Source: an uncultured delta proteobacterium | Lineage (GTDB): Bacteria > Desulfobacterota > WTBG01 > CAIYCZ01 > CAIRTM01 | Assembly (NCBI GenBank): GCA_963804955.1 | Contig: CAWDSQ010000035.1 | Location: 1-64,000, forward strand | Length of the DNA stretch: 64,000 bases | Direction of reading: 5' to 3' | Shown: positions 42,085 to 51,947 of the stretch, one piece after another | How the letters are laid out: every line of letters starts with the position of its first letter | Position numbering within the stretch: position 1 is the first letter of the stretch | The notes under the pieces: model-generated | What the model was told of the DNA's origin: nothing | Database searches by the model: none | The model's input: only the letters and a program-made list of their open reading frames with translations | Translations under genes and position numbers: made by a program

Positions 42085-42468
42085 GACCACCTTTTTATGG
42101 AGCAATTTTATAACAGAAACAATAATAACAAAGATGGCACATGCACTAACAACTACTATTTGCTCAGATTTGTTGGGTGGAATTACGAATATAAACCCGT
42201 GGCCCTTTATTAACGACGAAAAACTTGAAACACAAAATGGCATAGCAAACAGTCTAAAAATCTGCCATCTGTCCATTTTAGAGCCGGGCTTTCCCGAAAC
42301 GCTAAGAATCAGTGCAACCCCGATTACAACGCAAATACCGGACGAATTAATCCATATACGAATATCTGGATCAAAATAGAAAGAGACAATCACGATGTAC
42401 CAAATCAGGTAACACCATAAGATTATCTTTCCTTTCTGCAAATTGGCTAAATAGTCATATATTCCCAT
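42079..42468 (-). CDS. Gene-cassette hypothetical 4-TM membrane protein
   Basis: Low-GC ORF bounded by GTTAGGC (42490-42484) and the attC. Confidence 0.8.
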   Translation of the reverse strand: MGIYDYLANLQKGKIILWCYLIWYIVIVSFYFDPDIRIWINSSGICVVIGVALILSVSGKPGSKMDRWQIFRLFAMPFCVSSFSSLIKGHGFIFVIPPNKSEQIVVVSACAIFVIIVSVIKLLHKKVVA

Positions 42469-42483
42469 TGACGATTACTGCTA

Positions 42484-42521
42484 GCCTAACATATTATTTA
42501 TATAGACATCTGTATTTTCCG
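42484..42521 (-). mobile_element. attI-like site heading the cassette array
   Basis: AT-rich ...GATGTCTATATAAATAATAT-GTTAGGC with no attC hairpin; core complementary to the cassette R''. Confidence 0.45.
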
Positions 42522-42665
42522 AATTTTGCCCAAAAAGCTTATTTCAAATTTTATAATTTTCGTCAAATAGATAATATTTTATTCTGCATAAACCCCGTAT
42601 TCACATGATCTAGAGACTTCTATATATCATCAGATTTTTTGCAAGTCTGCTCTTCCCCTATTCGC

Positions 42666-44559
42666 TTAACTCCCGCAAATCTCATCAAGCCCCAGGCTTT
42701 CCAGCGTCTGCCGGGTGGGGTTTCCGGTTACAATGTCCCAGCCGCGGAGGCGATAGTAGTCGGAGAGCATGTCCTGCCACTTTTCAGGGTCAAGCTCCGC
42801 TCCATCGTACCTTCCGCCCTGCACCGGGCCGCGCGACCATTTGCCCAGAAGCACATCGTCTTTGCGGGTGATGCCCTCGCGGGCTAAAAAGGAGCGTTCT
42901 AAGGCAAACACCCGGTTTGCCACGGTGCGCAGCCCGGCAGTATCAAACTCCATGCCGGTAACGGCGCGCAGCATATCGGCCATGTCCTGCAGGGTGATGC
43001 CGTGGCCCACATGTTCGGTGATGAACTTGCAGACCTCAAGGCAGTCGGCAATGGTATACATGTCCTGGCAGAAAACCGCGGCGGCAGCCTTGTTGTAGGA
43101 CATGGGGTCGAGCACATCGGCTGTGCCGAAGCGGTCAACAGCCTCCTGCAGGCGATATGGCGGTTTTACCCTCCTTCGACGGCAGTTCGAACAGCACGCC
43201 GCCACGCAAATGGTCGCCGCCGCGCGTGCCGGTTGCATAGCACAGGCCGCTGCCCCGCAGCACCCGGGGATCGACTCCGCCGAACAGCATGCCCTTGCTG
43301 GAGCTGACATAGCTTGCTGCATCGCCGCCGATCTTTTGTGCTGCCAGTACCGCGCCTTCGGCAAGCAGATCGCCAAAGCCCTCGCGCCGGGCTATTTTTT
43401 CGAGCATGGCAACCATGGCTTCGTGATTGCCCCAGTTAAGGCTGATGCCGCCGGTGTCGGCAGGCCCGATAATACCGTGCTCATACCAGTCCATGGCCGT
43501 TGCCATGAGCAGGCCGAAGTCCAGCACATCGATGCCGTAGTCATTGCAGAGATTATTGATTTTGAAAAGCGACTCGGGGCTCGTGTTGCCGCAGCTCGGG
43601 CCGCAGGAAGAATTGCACCCCTCGGTCATCTTCGTGCCGCTGAAATGTCCATACTGCCCGGCCTTCACCTCATAGCCCTGTATGCAGTGCACTGGGCAGG
43701 CAAAGCAGGCATGCGACGAGGTCAGGTAATTTTTTATTGTCGTGGCGCTCACCTGCACAGACTCGGGGTAGTTGCTTGTCTGTGTGTAGTTTTTCACGGC
43801 AAGTATGCCTGACTCGTCTTCGCGCTCAAGGGGCCCTGCCGAGCCGTACTGGCCGAAAAATTTCGTAAAAGGATTTGCCTTGATCCTGTCGTTCCAGCGC
43901 TGCCGCACTTCTTTAAAGAGTGCCGCATCGGCAACTGGAATCTTAGCACTTCCCATGACGCACACTGCTTTCAAGTTCTTTGCGCCCATGACCGCTCCCA
44001 TGCCTGTGCGGCCGGCTACATTATAGTGGTGCACCACGCAGGCCATGCGCACGCGGTTTTCACCTGCAGGGCCGATTATCGCTGCCTGCACAGCGTCGCC
44101 GTGGGCCTGCTTTAAAGCAGCCTCGGTTGCTCCGGTCGATTTCCCCCACAGGTGCGCGGCATCGCAAAAGCTGACGCCGCCGGCTGTCACCAGCAAATAA
44201 AGGGGCTTCTCAGCGCAACCGGTGATGATGATATGATCATAGCCCGCCCGCTTCATGACCGGCGCAAAGAACCCGCCGAAATTGGCATCGCCCAATATGC
44301 CGGTGAGGGGCGATTTGGCCGTAACCGTGCAGCGGGCACATCCCGGAGCAAGCGTACCTGCCAGGGGGCCGGTGCCGAAGATGACGGCATTGTCCGGGCC
44401 GAAGGGGTCGGCCTGTGCAGGCACGAGCCTGTAGAGCAAATGCGAATTTCTACCCCGACCACCGAGAAACAGCCTGCGGCTGTGTTCATCGTTTTCAATG
44501 ATGGTGGATGTTTGCGAGGTGAGATCGATCTGAAGAATTCTGCCTGTCCAGCCGTGCAT
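42666..44559 (-). CDS. aor: Aldehyde:ferredoxin oxidoreductase (AOR family), frameshift near 43140
   Basis: KSPLTG..GD.N.GG, IGPAGEN, AGRTGMGAVMGAKNLKA, CxxC.VHC, RGGDHL, YY..RGWD. Confidence 0.9.
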
Positions 44560-44577
44560 GATGTGTTCCTTTCTTTT

Positions 44578-44606
44578 GTAGAGACAGGTTTGAAACCTGT
44601 CTCTAC
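44578..44606. repeat. GTAG-type REP palindrome
   Basis: GTAGAGACAGGTTT-G-AAACCTGTCTCTAC perfect hairpin. Confidence 0.8.
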
Positions 44607-44663
44607 GGGAGAACCAAAAACCCTTCACCACAGGTTCAGCCCGCGGCGAAATCCTGCTGAAGC

Positions 44664-45362
44664 CTACGGCTTTTCGCCGGTGTGAATAGCTGCAATGCCA
44701 TTGGTGAGCCGGATATAGCGCACCTGGGTAAACCCCGCTGCCTGCATTATAGCTAAGAGTTCATCGGGCAGGGGAAATTTTTTTATTGAGTCGGGAAGAT
44801 ATTCATAGGCTTCGCGGGAGCCGGCGATGAGAAGCCCGGCCGTGGGGATGATATAGCGGGAATAGAAATCATACAGCAGGCGGAACCATGGCCACACGGG
44901 CGTTGAAAACTCAAGGCACACGAGCCTGCCGCCGGGCCGCAGCACACGCAGCATTTCCTTCAGCCCCTGCTCGCGGTCGGCAAGATTGCGAAGACCGAAG
45001 CCGATGAGCGCCACGTCAAACGAGCTGTCGGCGCAGGCGATGCGCTGGGCATCGCCGCAGACAAATGAGACAGCCGGGACAGCGGCAGCCTTTATTCTTC
45101 CGACGCTCAGCATGCCGGGGCTGAAATCACAAACTGTTACGGACTGCGCGCCTGCTTTGGCCGCACGCAGGGCAAGGTCTGCCGTGCCGCCGCACAAATC
45201 AAGCACACATGCGCCCGGCGTGATTCCGGCCAGCTTAATTGTCCGGCGCTTCCAGAGATGATGCAGGCCGAAGCTGAGCAGGGTATTGAGCAGGTCATAG
45301 CGGCCTGCAATGGCGTTGAAATAGCCCCGGACGGTTTGTGCTTTATTGTCGGTCTGTGTCAT
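44664..45362 (-). CDS. ubiE: UbiE/MenG family methyltransferase
   Basis: F..IA.RYD..N.LLSFG.H..W, LDLCGGT.D, FGLRN, Y.YLP.SI..FP. Confidence 0.9.
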   Translation of the reverse strand: MTQTDNKAQTVRGYFNAIAGRYDLLNTLLSFGLHHLWKRRTIKLAGITPGACVLDLCGGTADLALRAAKAGAQSVTVCDFSPGMLSVGRIKAAAVPAVSFVCGDAQRIACADSSFDVALIGFGLRNLADREQGLKEMLRVLRPGGRLVCLEFSTPVWPWFRLLYDFYSRYIIPTAGLLIAGSREAYEYLPDSIKKFPLPDELLAIMQAAGFTQVRYIRLTNGIAAIHTGEKP

Positions 45363-45466
45363 GGCGCAATAAACAGCAAAGGGGATTCAGGTGTGCTGAA
45401 ATCCCCTTTGCCCTCCTCCTGGCGGTGCATAAACAAAAGCGGGCATGCGCCCGCTCCCGTTATTGC

Positions 45467-46567
45467 TTAATTTGACTTGCGGCCTGCGATACCCTTGGTG
45501 GCCTTGGTGATCTGCTTTGCCGCTTCCCTGGGCCGAAGTGCGCGGGTGGCTTTGCCTGCCAGCCACATCTCGGAATTTCCGAGCGTTGCAAGCTCTTTGG
45601 TCAGCAGCTCCTGATAATTGGGCTTGCTGCAGGTGGTGAGCACGCGGCGGGTTTCGGCGCCTGTTTTCACGCGCTTGTACAGATCTTTAAATACGGGCAT
45701 AACGGCCTTCTTGAATTTCGGCTTCCAGTCAAGGGCGCCGCGCTGTGCTGTTGCTGAGCAGTTCGCATACATCCAGTCCATACCGTTTTCGCTCACAAGG
45801 CGGATAAGGCTCTCGGTGAGCTCCTCAACGGTTTCATTGAATGCTTCGCTCGGGCTGTGGCCGTTTTTGCGCAGCACGTCATACTGTGCTTCCATAACGC
45901 CGGCAAGAGCGCCCATGAGAATGCCGCGCTCGCCGGTCAGGTCGCTGTACACTTCCTGCTGAAAGGTCGTGGGGAACAGATAGCCTGCGCCGATGGCGAT
46001 GCCCACGGCGACGGTGCGCTCAAGCGCGCGGCCCGTTGCGTCCTGAAATACGGCAAAGCTTGCATTGATGCCTGCGCCGGAAAGAAAGTTGCGGCGCACC
46101 GATGTGCCCGAGCCCTTGGGTGCAACCAGTATCACATCAACATTCTTGGGCGGAATGACCTTGGTCTGGTCTTTGTACACGATGGAAAAGCCGTGAGAGA
46201 AATACAGCGCATCGCCGGCTTTCAGGTTTTTCTTAACTATGGGCCAGATGGTGCGCTGGGCAGCATCCGACACGAGCATCTGGATGATGGTGCCGCGCTG
46301 CACAGCCTCTTCAATGTCAAACAGGGTCACGCCGGGCTTCCAGCCGTCTTTGACCGCACGGTCCCAGTCCCTCTTGATCTTTTTTGACTGGCCGATGATG
46401 ACATGAAAGCCGTTGTCCTTCATATTGAGCGCCTGTGCCGGGCCCTGCACGCCGTAGCCGATCACAGCGATGGTTTCTTTGCTCAGAACCTTGCGGGCCT
46501 TTGCCATGGGAAATTCTTTGCGCATGACGACGTTTTCTTTCACGCCGCCGAAATCGATAAGTGCCAT
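45467..46567 (-). CDS. ilvC: Ketol-acid reductoisomerase
   Basis: GYGVQG.AQALN, FSHGF, VAPKGSG, SDLTGERG.LMG, CS.TAQRG. Confidence 0.95.
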   Translation of the reverse strand: MALIDFGGVKENVVMRKEFPMAKARKVLSKETIAVIGYGVQGPAQALNMKDNGFHVIIGQSKKIKRDWDRAVKDGWKPGVTLFDIEEAVQRGTIIQMLVSDAAQRTIWPIVKKNLKAGDALYFSHGFSIVYKDQTKVIPPKNVDVILVAPKGSGTSVRRNFLSGAGINASFAVFQDATGRALERTVAVGIAIGAGYLFPTTFQQEVYSDLTGERGILMGALAGVMEAQYDVLRKNGHSPSEAFNETVEELTESLIRLVSENGMDWMYANCSATAQRGALDWKPKFKKAVMPVFKDLYKRVKTGAETRRVLTTCSKPNYQELLTKELATLGNSEMWLAGKATRALRPREAAKQITKATKGIAGRKSN

Positions 46568-46731
46568 ACTAAAAATCCTCCTTGCATGAATGATAAAAAA
46601 AGTAATGCACCTGAAGCGGTGCAGCATGTGCGGGCGACAGTGTGCAAGCGCCGGTTTTCCCTGCGCATTTCCTGAATACTCTATATCGAACCCGCCAATA
46701 TGTCAATAACTATGCAGGAATGCTTCCGTAC

Positions 46732-47448
46732 TTAAAAATGATAGCTCACGCCCTTGTTGAAATTGGCCATGCCCACAAGGGATTTTAGTTCCGGGTCGTC
46801 GGAGCCGGCATAGCGGCTCAGCAGCTCGTCATAGGCTGCATTGGCAGCCTCGCGGTGCATGGCCTTGCCATATGACAAGCCTTTGCTGAACAGGGCATTG
46901 GCAATCAGGCTCTGCAGCGCAGGCTCCTGCGAAGCGCCGAAAAGCTCCAGGAGCTTGTCATAGCAGCCGCGCTCTTGTTCAAGCATGTTCTTGCGGGTAC
47001 AGGTAAAGCCCTTCTGCAGCAGGGCCTTTGCCACCTGCTCCTGAATGGCCGGCTCCTGCGCGCCTGCAAATTGCTGCACTACCGCGTCATAGACGGCAAT
47101 GGCATCTGCGGTTTTGCCCTGCTGGTCAAGGGTAATCGCCTTGTTCACCTGGGCGATGGCGCTGCTCTCGCGGCTTGCTGCATCATCGCTCCCGGACACA
47201 AGCGCAAGCGCCTGGTCAAAAGCAGCCAGCGCATCGGCATGGCAGTTCTGTTTGCCCAGAATGACGCCCTTGTTCACGAGCGCTTTTGCCGCAAGCTTTT
47301 TCAGCTCCGGCTCCGGCGCTGTGCCGAAACGCCCGGCTATGTCGTCATAGATTTTTTTTTCATCCCCGGCAGCGCCCTGCCGGGAACATATCTCAGCCTT
47401 TTTAAAAAGCTCCTCAACCTCTGCAACTCTCGCGTCACTCATTGCCAA
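46732..47448 (-). CDS. Tetratricopeptide-repeat protein
   Basis: Repeated A.AL..KG..L......A...YD helical motifs at about 46-aa period. Confidence 0.8.
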   Translation of the reverse strand: MAMSDARVAEVEELFKKAEICSRQGAAGDEKKIYDDIAGRFGTAPEPELKKLAAKALVNKGVILGKQNCHADALAAFDQALALVSGSDDAASRESSAIAQVNKAITLDQQGKTADAIAVYDAVVQQFAGAQEPAIQEQVAKALLQKGFTCTRKNMLEQERGCYDKLLELFGASQEPALQSLIANALFSKGLSYGKAMHREAANAAYDELLSRYAGSDDPELKSLVGMANFNKGVSYHF

Positions 47449-47473
47449 ATCCTTATCGCTGTTTCAGATCAGA

Positions 47474-48454
47474 TTACAGTTCAGTCAAATGCCGGCAGCC
47501 CGGAACAAGATAGTCGCGCACATAGCGCGCCACAAACTCGCGGAACCGGTCGGGCTGCTCAGGAAAGCCTGCCGCACGGAGCCGCTGCATGTCGGCCTGC
47601 GTAAAATACTGATACCGGCCCTGCAGCTCATCGGGCATGGGGAAATATTCAATGACCGGCGGCTTGCCAAGGCCGTCGAATACGCCCTGGGCAAGATCAT
47701 TGAAGGTATGCGCCCGGCCCGTGCCAACATTGAAGATGCCGTTTGCCGTGTCATTGGCAAGAGCAAACAGCGTGGCATCGATCACTTCATCAATATAGAT
47801 AAAATCGCGGGCCTGCTCGCCGTGGCCGCAGTCGGACCGGTGGCTTTCAAAAAGCCGTATTTTGCCTGTCTTCTGCGCCTGTGGCACGGAATGAAAAACA
47901 ACGCTTGCCATTTTGCCCTTGTGGTATTCATTGGGCCCGAACACATTGAAATACCGAAGGCCCGCAACTGTGCCTGCAAGGCCGTTTTCAAGCACCCACA
48001 TGTCAAACATCCATTTCGAGAAACCGTACTTGTTGAGTGGCCGAAGCCGGGGCGTGAGCTCGTCGGCATCGGAAAACCCCAGGCTCCCGTCGCCGTAAAC
48101 GGCAGCAGAGGAGGCATACACAAACCGCCTGCCGCGGCTGCGGGCCCACTGGCAGAGCAGTATGGAGAAATCGACATTGTTGGCCAGCAGGTAGTCCATG
48201 TCGGTCTCGGTGGTGTCGGAGCAGGCGCCCAGATGCACCACGGCGGTGATTGCCTCCGCCTGCGGGTCTTCATTGAGGAAGTCGAGCAGCTCCGTGCAGT
48301 GCACAAAGCGGCTGTAGCGCAGCCCGACAATGTTTTTCCATTTGTCCCGCTCGCCCAGGCGGTCGGAAAGAATAAGATCGCTTCTGCCCGTGCGGTTGAG
48401 CGCGCAGGCAATAGCGCTGCCTATAAAACCGGCAGCACCCGTTATAAGTATCAT
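47474..48454 (-). CDS. hldD: ADP-L-glycero-D-manno-heptose 6-epimerase
   Basis: TGAAGFIGS, HLGACSDT, YASSAAVYG, YFNVFGPNEYHKG.MAS, YQYFTQAD. Confidence 0.95.
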   Translation of the reverse strand: MILITGAAGFIGSAIACALNRTGRSDLILSDRLGERDKWKNIVGLRYSRFVHCTELLDFLNEDPQAEAITAVVHLGACSDTTETDMDYLLANNVDFSILLCQWARSRGRRFVYASSAAVYGDGSLGFSDADELTPRLRPLNKYGFSKWMFDMWVLENGLAGTVAGLRYFNVFGPNEYHKGKMASVVFHSVPQAQKTGKIRLFESHRSDCGHGEQARDFIYIDEVIDATLFALANDTANGIFNVGTGRAHTFNDLAQGVFDGLGKPPVIEYFPMPDELQGRYQYFTQADMQRLRAAGFPEQPDRFREFVARYVRDYLVPGCRHLTEL

Positions 48455-49230
48455 GACGGTTCTCCTTTGCTGGTAATGAACTGTCGCACTGCCGCGTTGA
48501 ATCCAACGACAGCTTCCTGCATGACCATGTGGCCGGCTTTTGCAAAAGCCATGAAATCGCCCTGCGGCAATTTTTCTGCAAGCTCGCGGCCCGCCTCAGG
48601 AGGCGTAATTGTATCATGATTGCCGGAGATGACAAGGGCAGGGACTGATATTTTGCCTGCCCAGGCCGTAGCGTCAAACTGCGTGCAGGCAAACACATCT
48701 TCATACATCGCCTCGCCCCCATTGCTCAAAAGCATTTCAAGCCCGCGGTGATAAAGCTCTGGCGCAACGCCCGGGGCATAGGCGCTGTCGCAGGAGGCCC
48801 GCGCTGCGCGGTTAAAGTCCTTCTGCAGCACCTTCAGATATTCCGGCGCAACCACAAAGCGCATAGCCGTGCTCACGAGTAGAAGCCCCGCAACCCGCGT
48901 GGGATAGGAATGGGCCATGGCCTGCGCTATGGCGCCGCCCATGGAATAGCCCATGAGAATAAAGCGGTGCAGCCCCAGGGCCTCGGCAAAAGCCTCGATC
49001 CATGAGGCATAATCTTCGATACTGTACCCGCCCCTGCCGTGCGTGGCGCCATGGCCGGGAAGATCGGGGGCTATAAGCGTACAGTCGGCAGCAAGGCCAG
49101 AAAACTGGCTTGCCCAGACCGAACTGTCGCCGCCCGAGCCGTGAATGCACAGCAGAGTCGGGCTGCCATGCCCGGCGACCGAGGAAATTCTATATACTGA
49201 TTTATGTCCGTCGATGTCTGTAAACAGCAT
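48451..49230 (-). CDS. Alpha/beta-fold hydrolase
   Basis: IHGSGG, DLPGHG, GYSMGG nucleophile elbow, D...P, AGH. Confidence 0.88.
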   Translation of the reverse strand: MLFTDIDGHKSVYRISSVAGHGSPTLLCIHGSGGDSSVWASQFSGLAADCTLIAPDLPGHGATHGRGGYSIEDYASWIEAFAEALGLHRFILMGYSMGGAIAQAMAHSYPTRVAGLLLVSTAMRFVVAPEYLKVLQKDFNRAARASCDSAYAPGVAPELYHRGLEMLLSNGGEAMYEDVFACTQFDATAWAGKISVPALVISGNHDTITPPEAGRELAEKLPQGDFMAFAKAGHMVMQEAVVGFNAAVRQFITSKGEPS

Positions 49231-49265
49231 AATTTTTACCACTGAGGCACAGAGGATTTTTAAAT

Positions 49266-49417
49266 CCCCTCATCCTAACCTTCTCCCCTTTAAAGGGGAG
49301 AAGGGACTTTTTTTCAGCTGCTTTAAACTTGCTAATAATCTTTGACTAATTTCAAAGACGCAGCATGGGTTCCTCCCTCTCCGCCATTTTGCGGGGGAGA
49401 GGGTCGGGGTGAGGTGG
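49266..49417. repeat. Inverted pair of CCCCTCA.CC..ACC.TCTCCC-type intergenic palindromic repeats
   Basis: CCCCTCATCCTAACCTTCTCCCC-TTTAAA-GGGGAGAAGGG and the inverse copy ending GGGGAGAGGGTCGGGGTGAGG. Confidence 0.7.
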
Positions 49418-49419
49418 CA

Positions 49420-49652
49420 TTAAAGGCTGGGCAAACAAAGTGTGCCCAGCTTTCATTCGGCTCCTGATTTCAGCAAGGACACTGCTTCATCTTTTACAAA
49501 AAGTGTTTGCATGGTTTTTTTCCAAAGTTTCATTGTCCGCCGCCACCGCCTTCGGCTGTTGGTGGCGGAAGACAACTTGGCACTTCGTGCCCATGTCTCC
49601 CCCTTTCAGGGGAATCCAAGCCGCCTGCCATGCGGGGGGTATCGACTATATA
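49420..49652 (-). ncRNA. Candidate structured RNA (or 35-aa sORF transcript)
   Basis: TTGACA-N18-TATAGT promoter (49688-49659), several stable hairpins, terminator-like hairpin 49422-49453. Confidence 0.5.
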
Positions 49653-49790
49653 ACCCAAACTATAGCAAAAGAACTGCAAGCATGTCAAACAAGGCCGTCA
49701 GACAGAAAGATCCACCGCAAAGTCGGGGGGGGGAAGGGGCCAGCAGTTGTCTTTTTGTTTAAGTTAACCGGCGCCCCGAAATTAATCGTA

Positions 49791-50141
49791 TCAAGCGCCG
49801 TGGGCCCGTATCTGCTCAAGGCGGCGCTCGCGCATGAGAAGAAACAGCGGGAAGGCGAAAGCAAACGCAACCCCAAGGGTCAGCACTGCGTACATCCACC
49901 ACCGCCTCATGCCGAGCCTGCGCGCCTCAAACGGCAGCCACAGTAAAAAGGCCACAGCACCTATCGACACATCGCTTGCCAGAGATGCGGCTGCGGGGTT
50001 GGCAAAGCCGTCCTTTATAAAGGCAGCAAGGCTGAAAGCGCCGCCCGCATCGAGCATGAATCTGATGTTGAAATACCAGGTGACTGCTGCCCCGGCAAGG
50101 GCGAGCAGGCCATACAGAATGGTGCGGAAGGTATGCTGCAT
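49791..50141 (-). CDS. DUF2834 family membrane protein
   Basis: FAN.AA.....D, EARRLGMR.WW, AF.FPLFL..RER. Confidence 0.8.
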   Translation of the reverse strand: MQHTFRTILYGLLALAGAAVTWYFNIRFMLDAGGAFSLAAFIKDGFANPAAASLASDVSIGAVAFLLWLPFEARRLGMRRWWMYAVLTLGVAFAFAFPLFLLMRERRLEQIRAHGA

Positions 50142-50231
50142 GACGGTCTCTCCGGAAAGAATTGTTCGGGAAACGCTATCGCCAAACCCGCAGACGCTGC
50201 CTGCCGGTTGTGTAACCGTCATTAGGAAAGG

Positions 50232-50456
50232 TCAGGTATTAGTCCATTTGATCTGAAATTCAAGCTCCTCGTGTGCTCCTTCACGCTCATGTTCTATTGA
50301 GCACACCGCCCGTGCCGGCACGCAGATCCGCTCGCCTCCTACCTGCACCCGGAACTGACCGCCCTGCTCCAGCGCATCGGCCAGCCGCCGGAGCTTGACG
50401 GCGAATTCAGCCGCTGAATACGTTTTTTCAATATCGCGCTTTTTTTTCTTTGCCAT
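50232..50456 (-). CDS. Amphi-Trp domain protein
   Basis: RDIEK.Y, KLRRLADALE.G..F..QV.GERI.VP, EELEFQIKW. Confidence 0.85.
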   Translation of the reverse strand: MAKKKKRDIEKTYSAAEFAVKLRRLADALEQGGQFRVQVGGERICVPARAVCSIEHEREGAHEELEFQIKWTNT

Positions 50457-50482
50457 AATCCGCAACCAGAATATTTTTTATT

Positions 50483-51490
50483 CTACTGAATGGTTCCCGC
50501 CAAAATACCTGCAACGGCCTGCCGGTAGCTGGGGCCGCCATAATTAAAGCGCCCCCCCGTAAGCCGGCACACTTCTTCTTCCGTGTGCACGGAATCAAAG
50601 TCGGTGTTTCGTGATCCGGCGATATTAGTAAAGAGTTCGGCAGTGACCATGACGCCGTTGCTGCCAGGAGCCAAAGATATTTCAAGCCGCGAATAGACCT
50701 TGCCGCCTCTGCCCTTATGATACAGGCTGGCTTTGCCCCCCCGGCTTTTATCAACCGTATACAAAAAAGACGGCACATAGCCGCTGCCGGGGGCAATATG
50801 CGGCGAGCCCTCCTTTTCAGCAAGGCCGTTATTCCTGCCGGGGGCGGTTACCAGCATGTGGCAGGAGTCCTCATTTGGAACCTGGTCGATAAAAACCTGT
50901 ATGTCCGGTGCTGTTTCGTCTTTTGCAATATTCATCTGCGGATCTGAAAACCCCTTGAACAGATCCACGGTAAACCCTTGAAAGGATGGCCGCATCAGCA
51001 TGCGGCTTTTTTTGCTGTCAACCAGCCCGGGATCGCATTTTTTCTCCAGCGTAAACACAACAGGCTTGCCGCGGTCGGGAAGGAACAAAGGATCTTTACT
51101 TCCCTCATCATAGGAATACGATTTCTCGTAAACTGTGCGTGGCGCTTCATAGCAGCGCTTTTCTATGGACCTGATGTATAACCTTTTGACCAGGAGTCCG
51201 GTCAGCACAAAATTTCCGTCGTCATCAGCTTCGGTCTTCACGGTTTCCACGCCGAAAAAACGTACGCTATTGGTGCTGAAGAACTCTCTGCCGGCTGTTA
51301 TTTTTGCTCCGGCAACCGGCTGGCCATTCTGGTTGATGACCTTACCGTAAAAAATTATTGCCGTATCAGAGGAGTTTTCTGTCGGCTGGGCCAGATTGTT
51401 TTTTTCGCTATAGGTATCTGCTGCAAAAACATCGCAGGCCAGAAAAAGCCCCAGTAAAAAAGCAAAGGACATCACGGATTGTTTTTTCAT
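50483..51490 (-). CDS. Secreted protein with carboxypeptidase-regulatory-like domain
   Basis: Signal peptide; FYGKVI.Q.G.PV.GA.I and D.DG.F motifs. Confidence 0.7.
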   Translation of the reverse strand: MKKQSVMSFAFLLGLFLACDVFAADTYSEKNNLAQPTENSSDTAIIFYGKVINQNGQPVAGAKITAGREFFSTNSVRFFGVETVKTEADDDGNFVLTGLLVKRLYIRSIEKRCYEAPRTVYEKSYSYDEGSKDPLFLPDRGKPVVFTLEKKCDPGLVDSKKSRMLMRPSFQGFTVDLFKGFSDPQMNIAKDETAPDIQVFIDQVPNEDSCHMLVTAPGRNNGLAEKEGSPHIAPGSGYVPSFLYTVDKSRGGKASLYHKGRGGKVYSRLEISLAPGSNGVMVTAELFTNIAGSRNTDFDSVHTEEEVCRLTGGRFNYGGPSYRQAVAGILAGTIQ

Positions 51491-51536
51491 AATGTTATTC
51501 CATTGCAAGATGTGTGGTGAGCAGAGCACTGCCCGT

Positions 51537-51749
51537 TTATTGTCTTCAGAAAACCATCAGCCACAGGCGATGGTTTTCTGAAGAATGCAACACAAACACT
51601 GCGTGTTTTTGCTAACGCCCTTTCAGGGCGAAATCAAGCCACCCTCTCTGCGTGTGGTTGTTGACTTGCCGGATGGGCGCATCTAACCGCAACCCATCAT
51701 TGAAGGCAATACCCACCTGCATAGACGATGATTTTCCTAAAGACAATAA
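51537..51749. mobile_element. MITE-like element with imperfect terminal inverted repeats
   Basis: TTATTGTCTTCAGAAAACCATC ... GATGATTTTCCTAAAGACAATAA; TA at both ends; internal hairpins; no ORF. Confidence 0.65.
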
Positions 51750-51947
51750 GTTTTTTATCAGGAAGCCCGCTTCATATTCAAGCTTTTAATATCGTTAGAA
51801 ACCATGGCCTGCCAATAAAGCCAGAGAGGCCGGCATGAAAACCTGTACCCGGGAAAAATTTTTGTTTGCGAACATTCCCGTAAAAAACTTTCGCATTTTT
51901 GCCCGTGGACTTCTTGCCCGCCCTATCTGTTGTTAATAAGGCCCTGC

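Noticed and set aside
46570..46710. ilv leader-peptide attenuator
   Set aside because: No Ile/Leu/Val-rich short ORF found upstream of ilvC.
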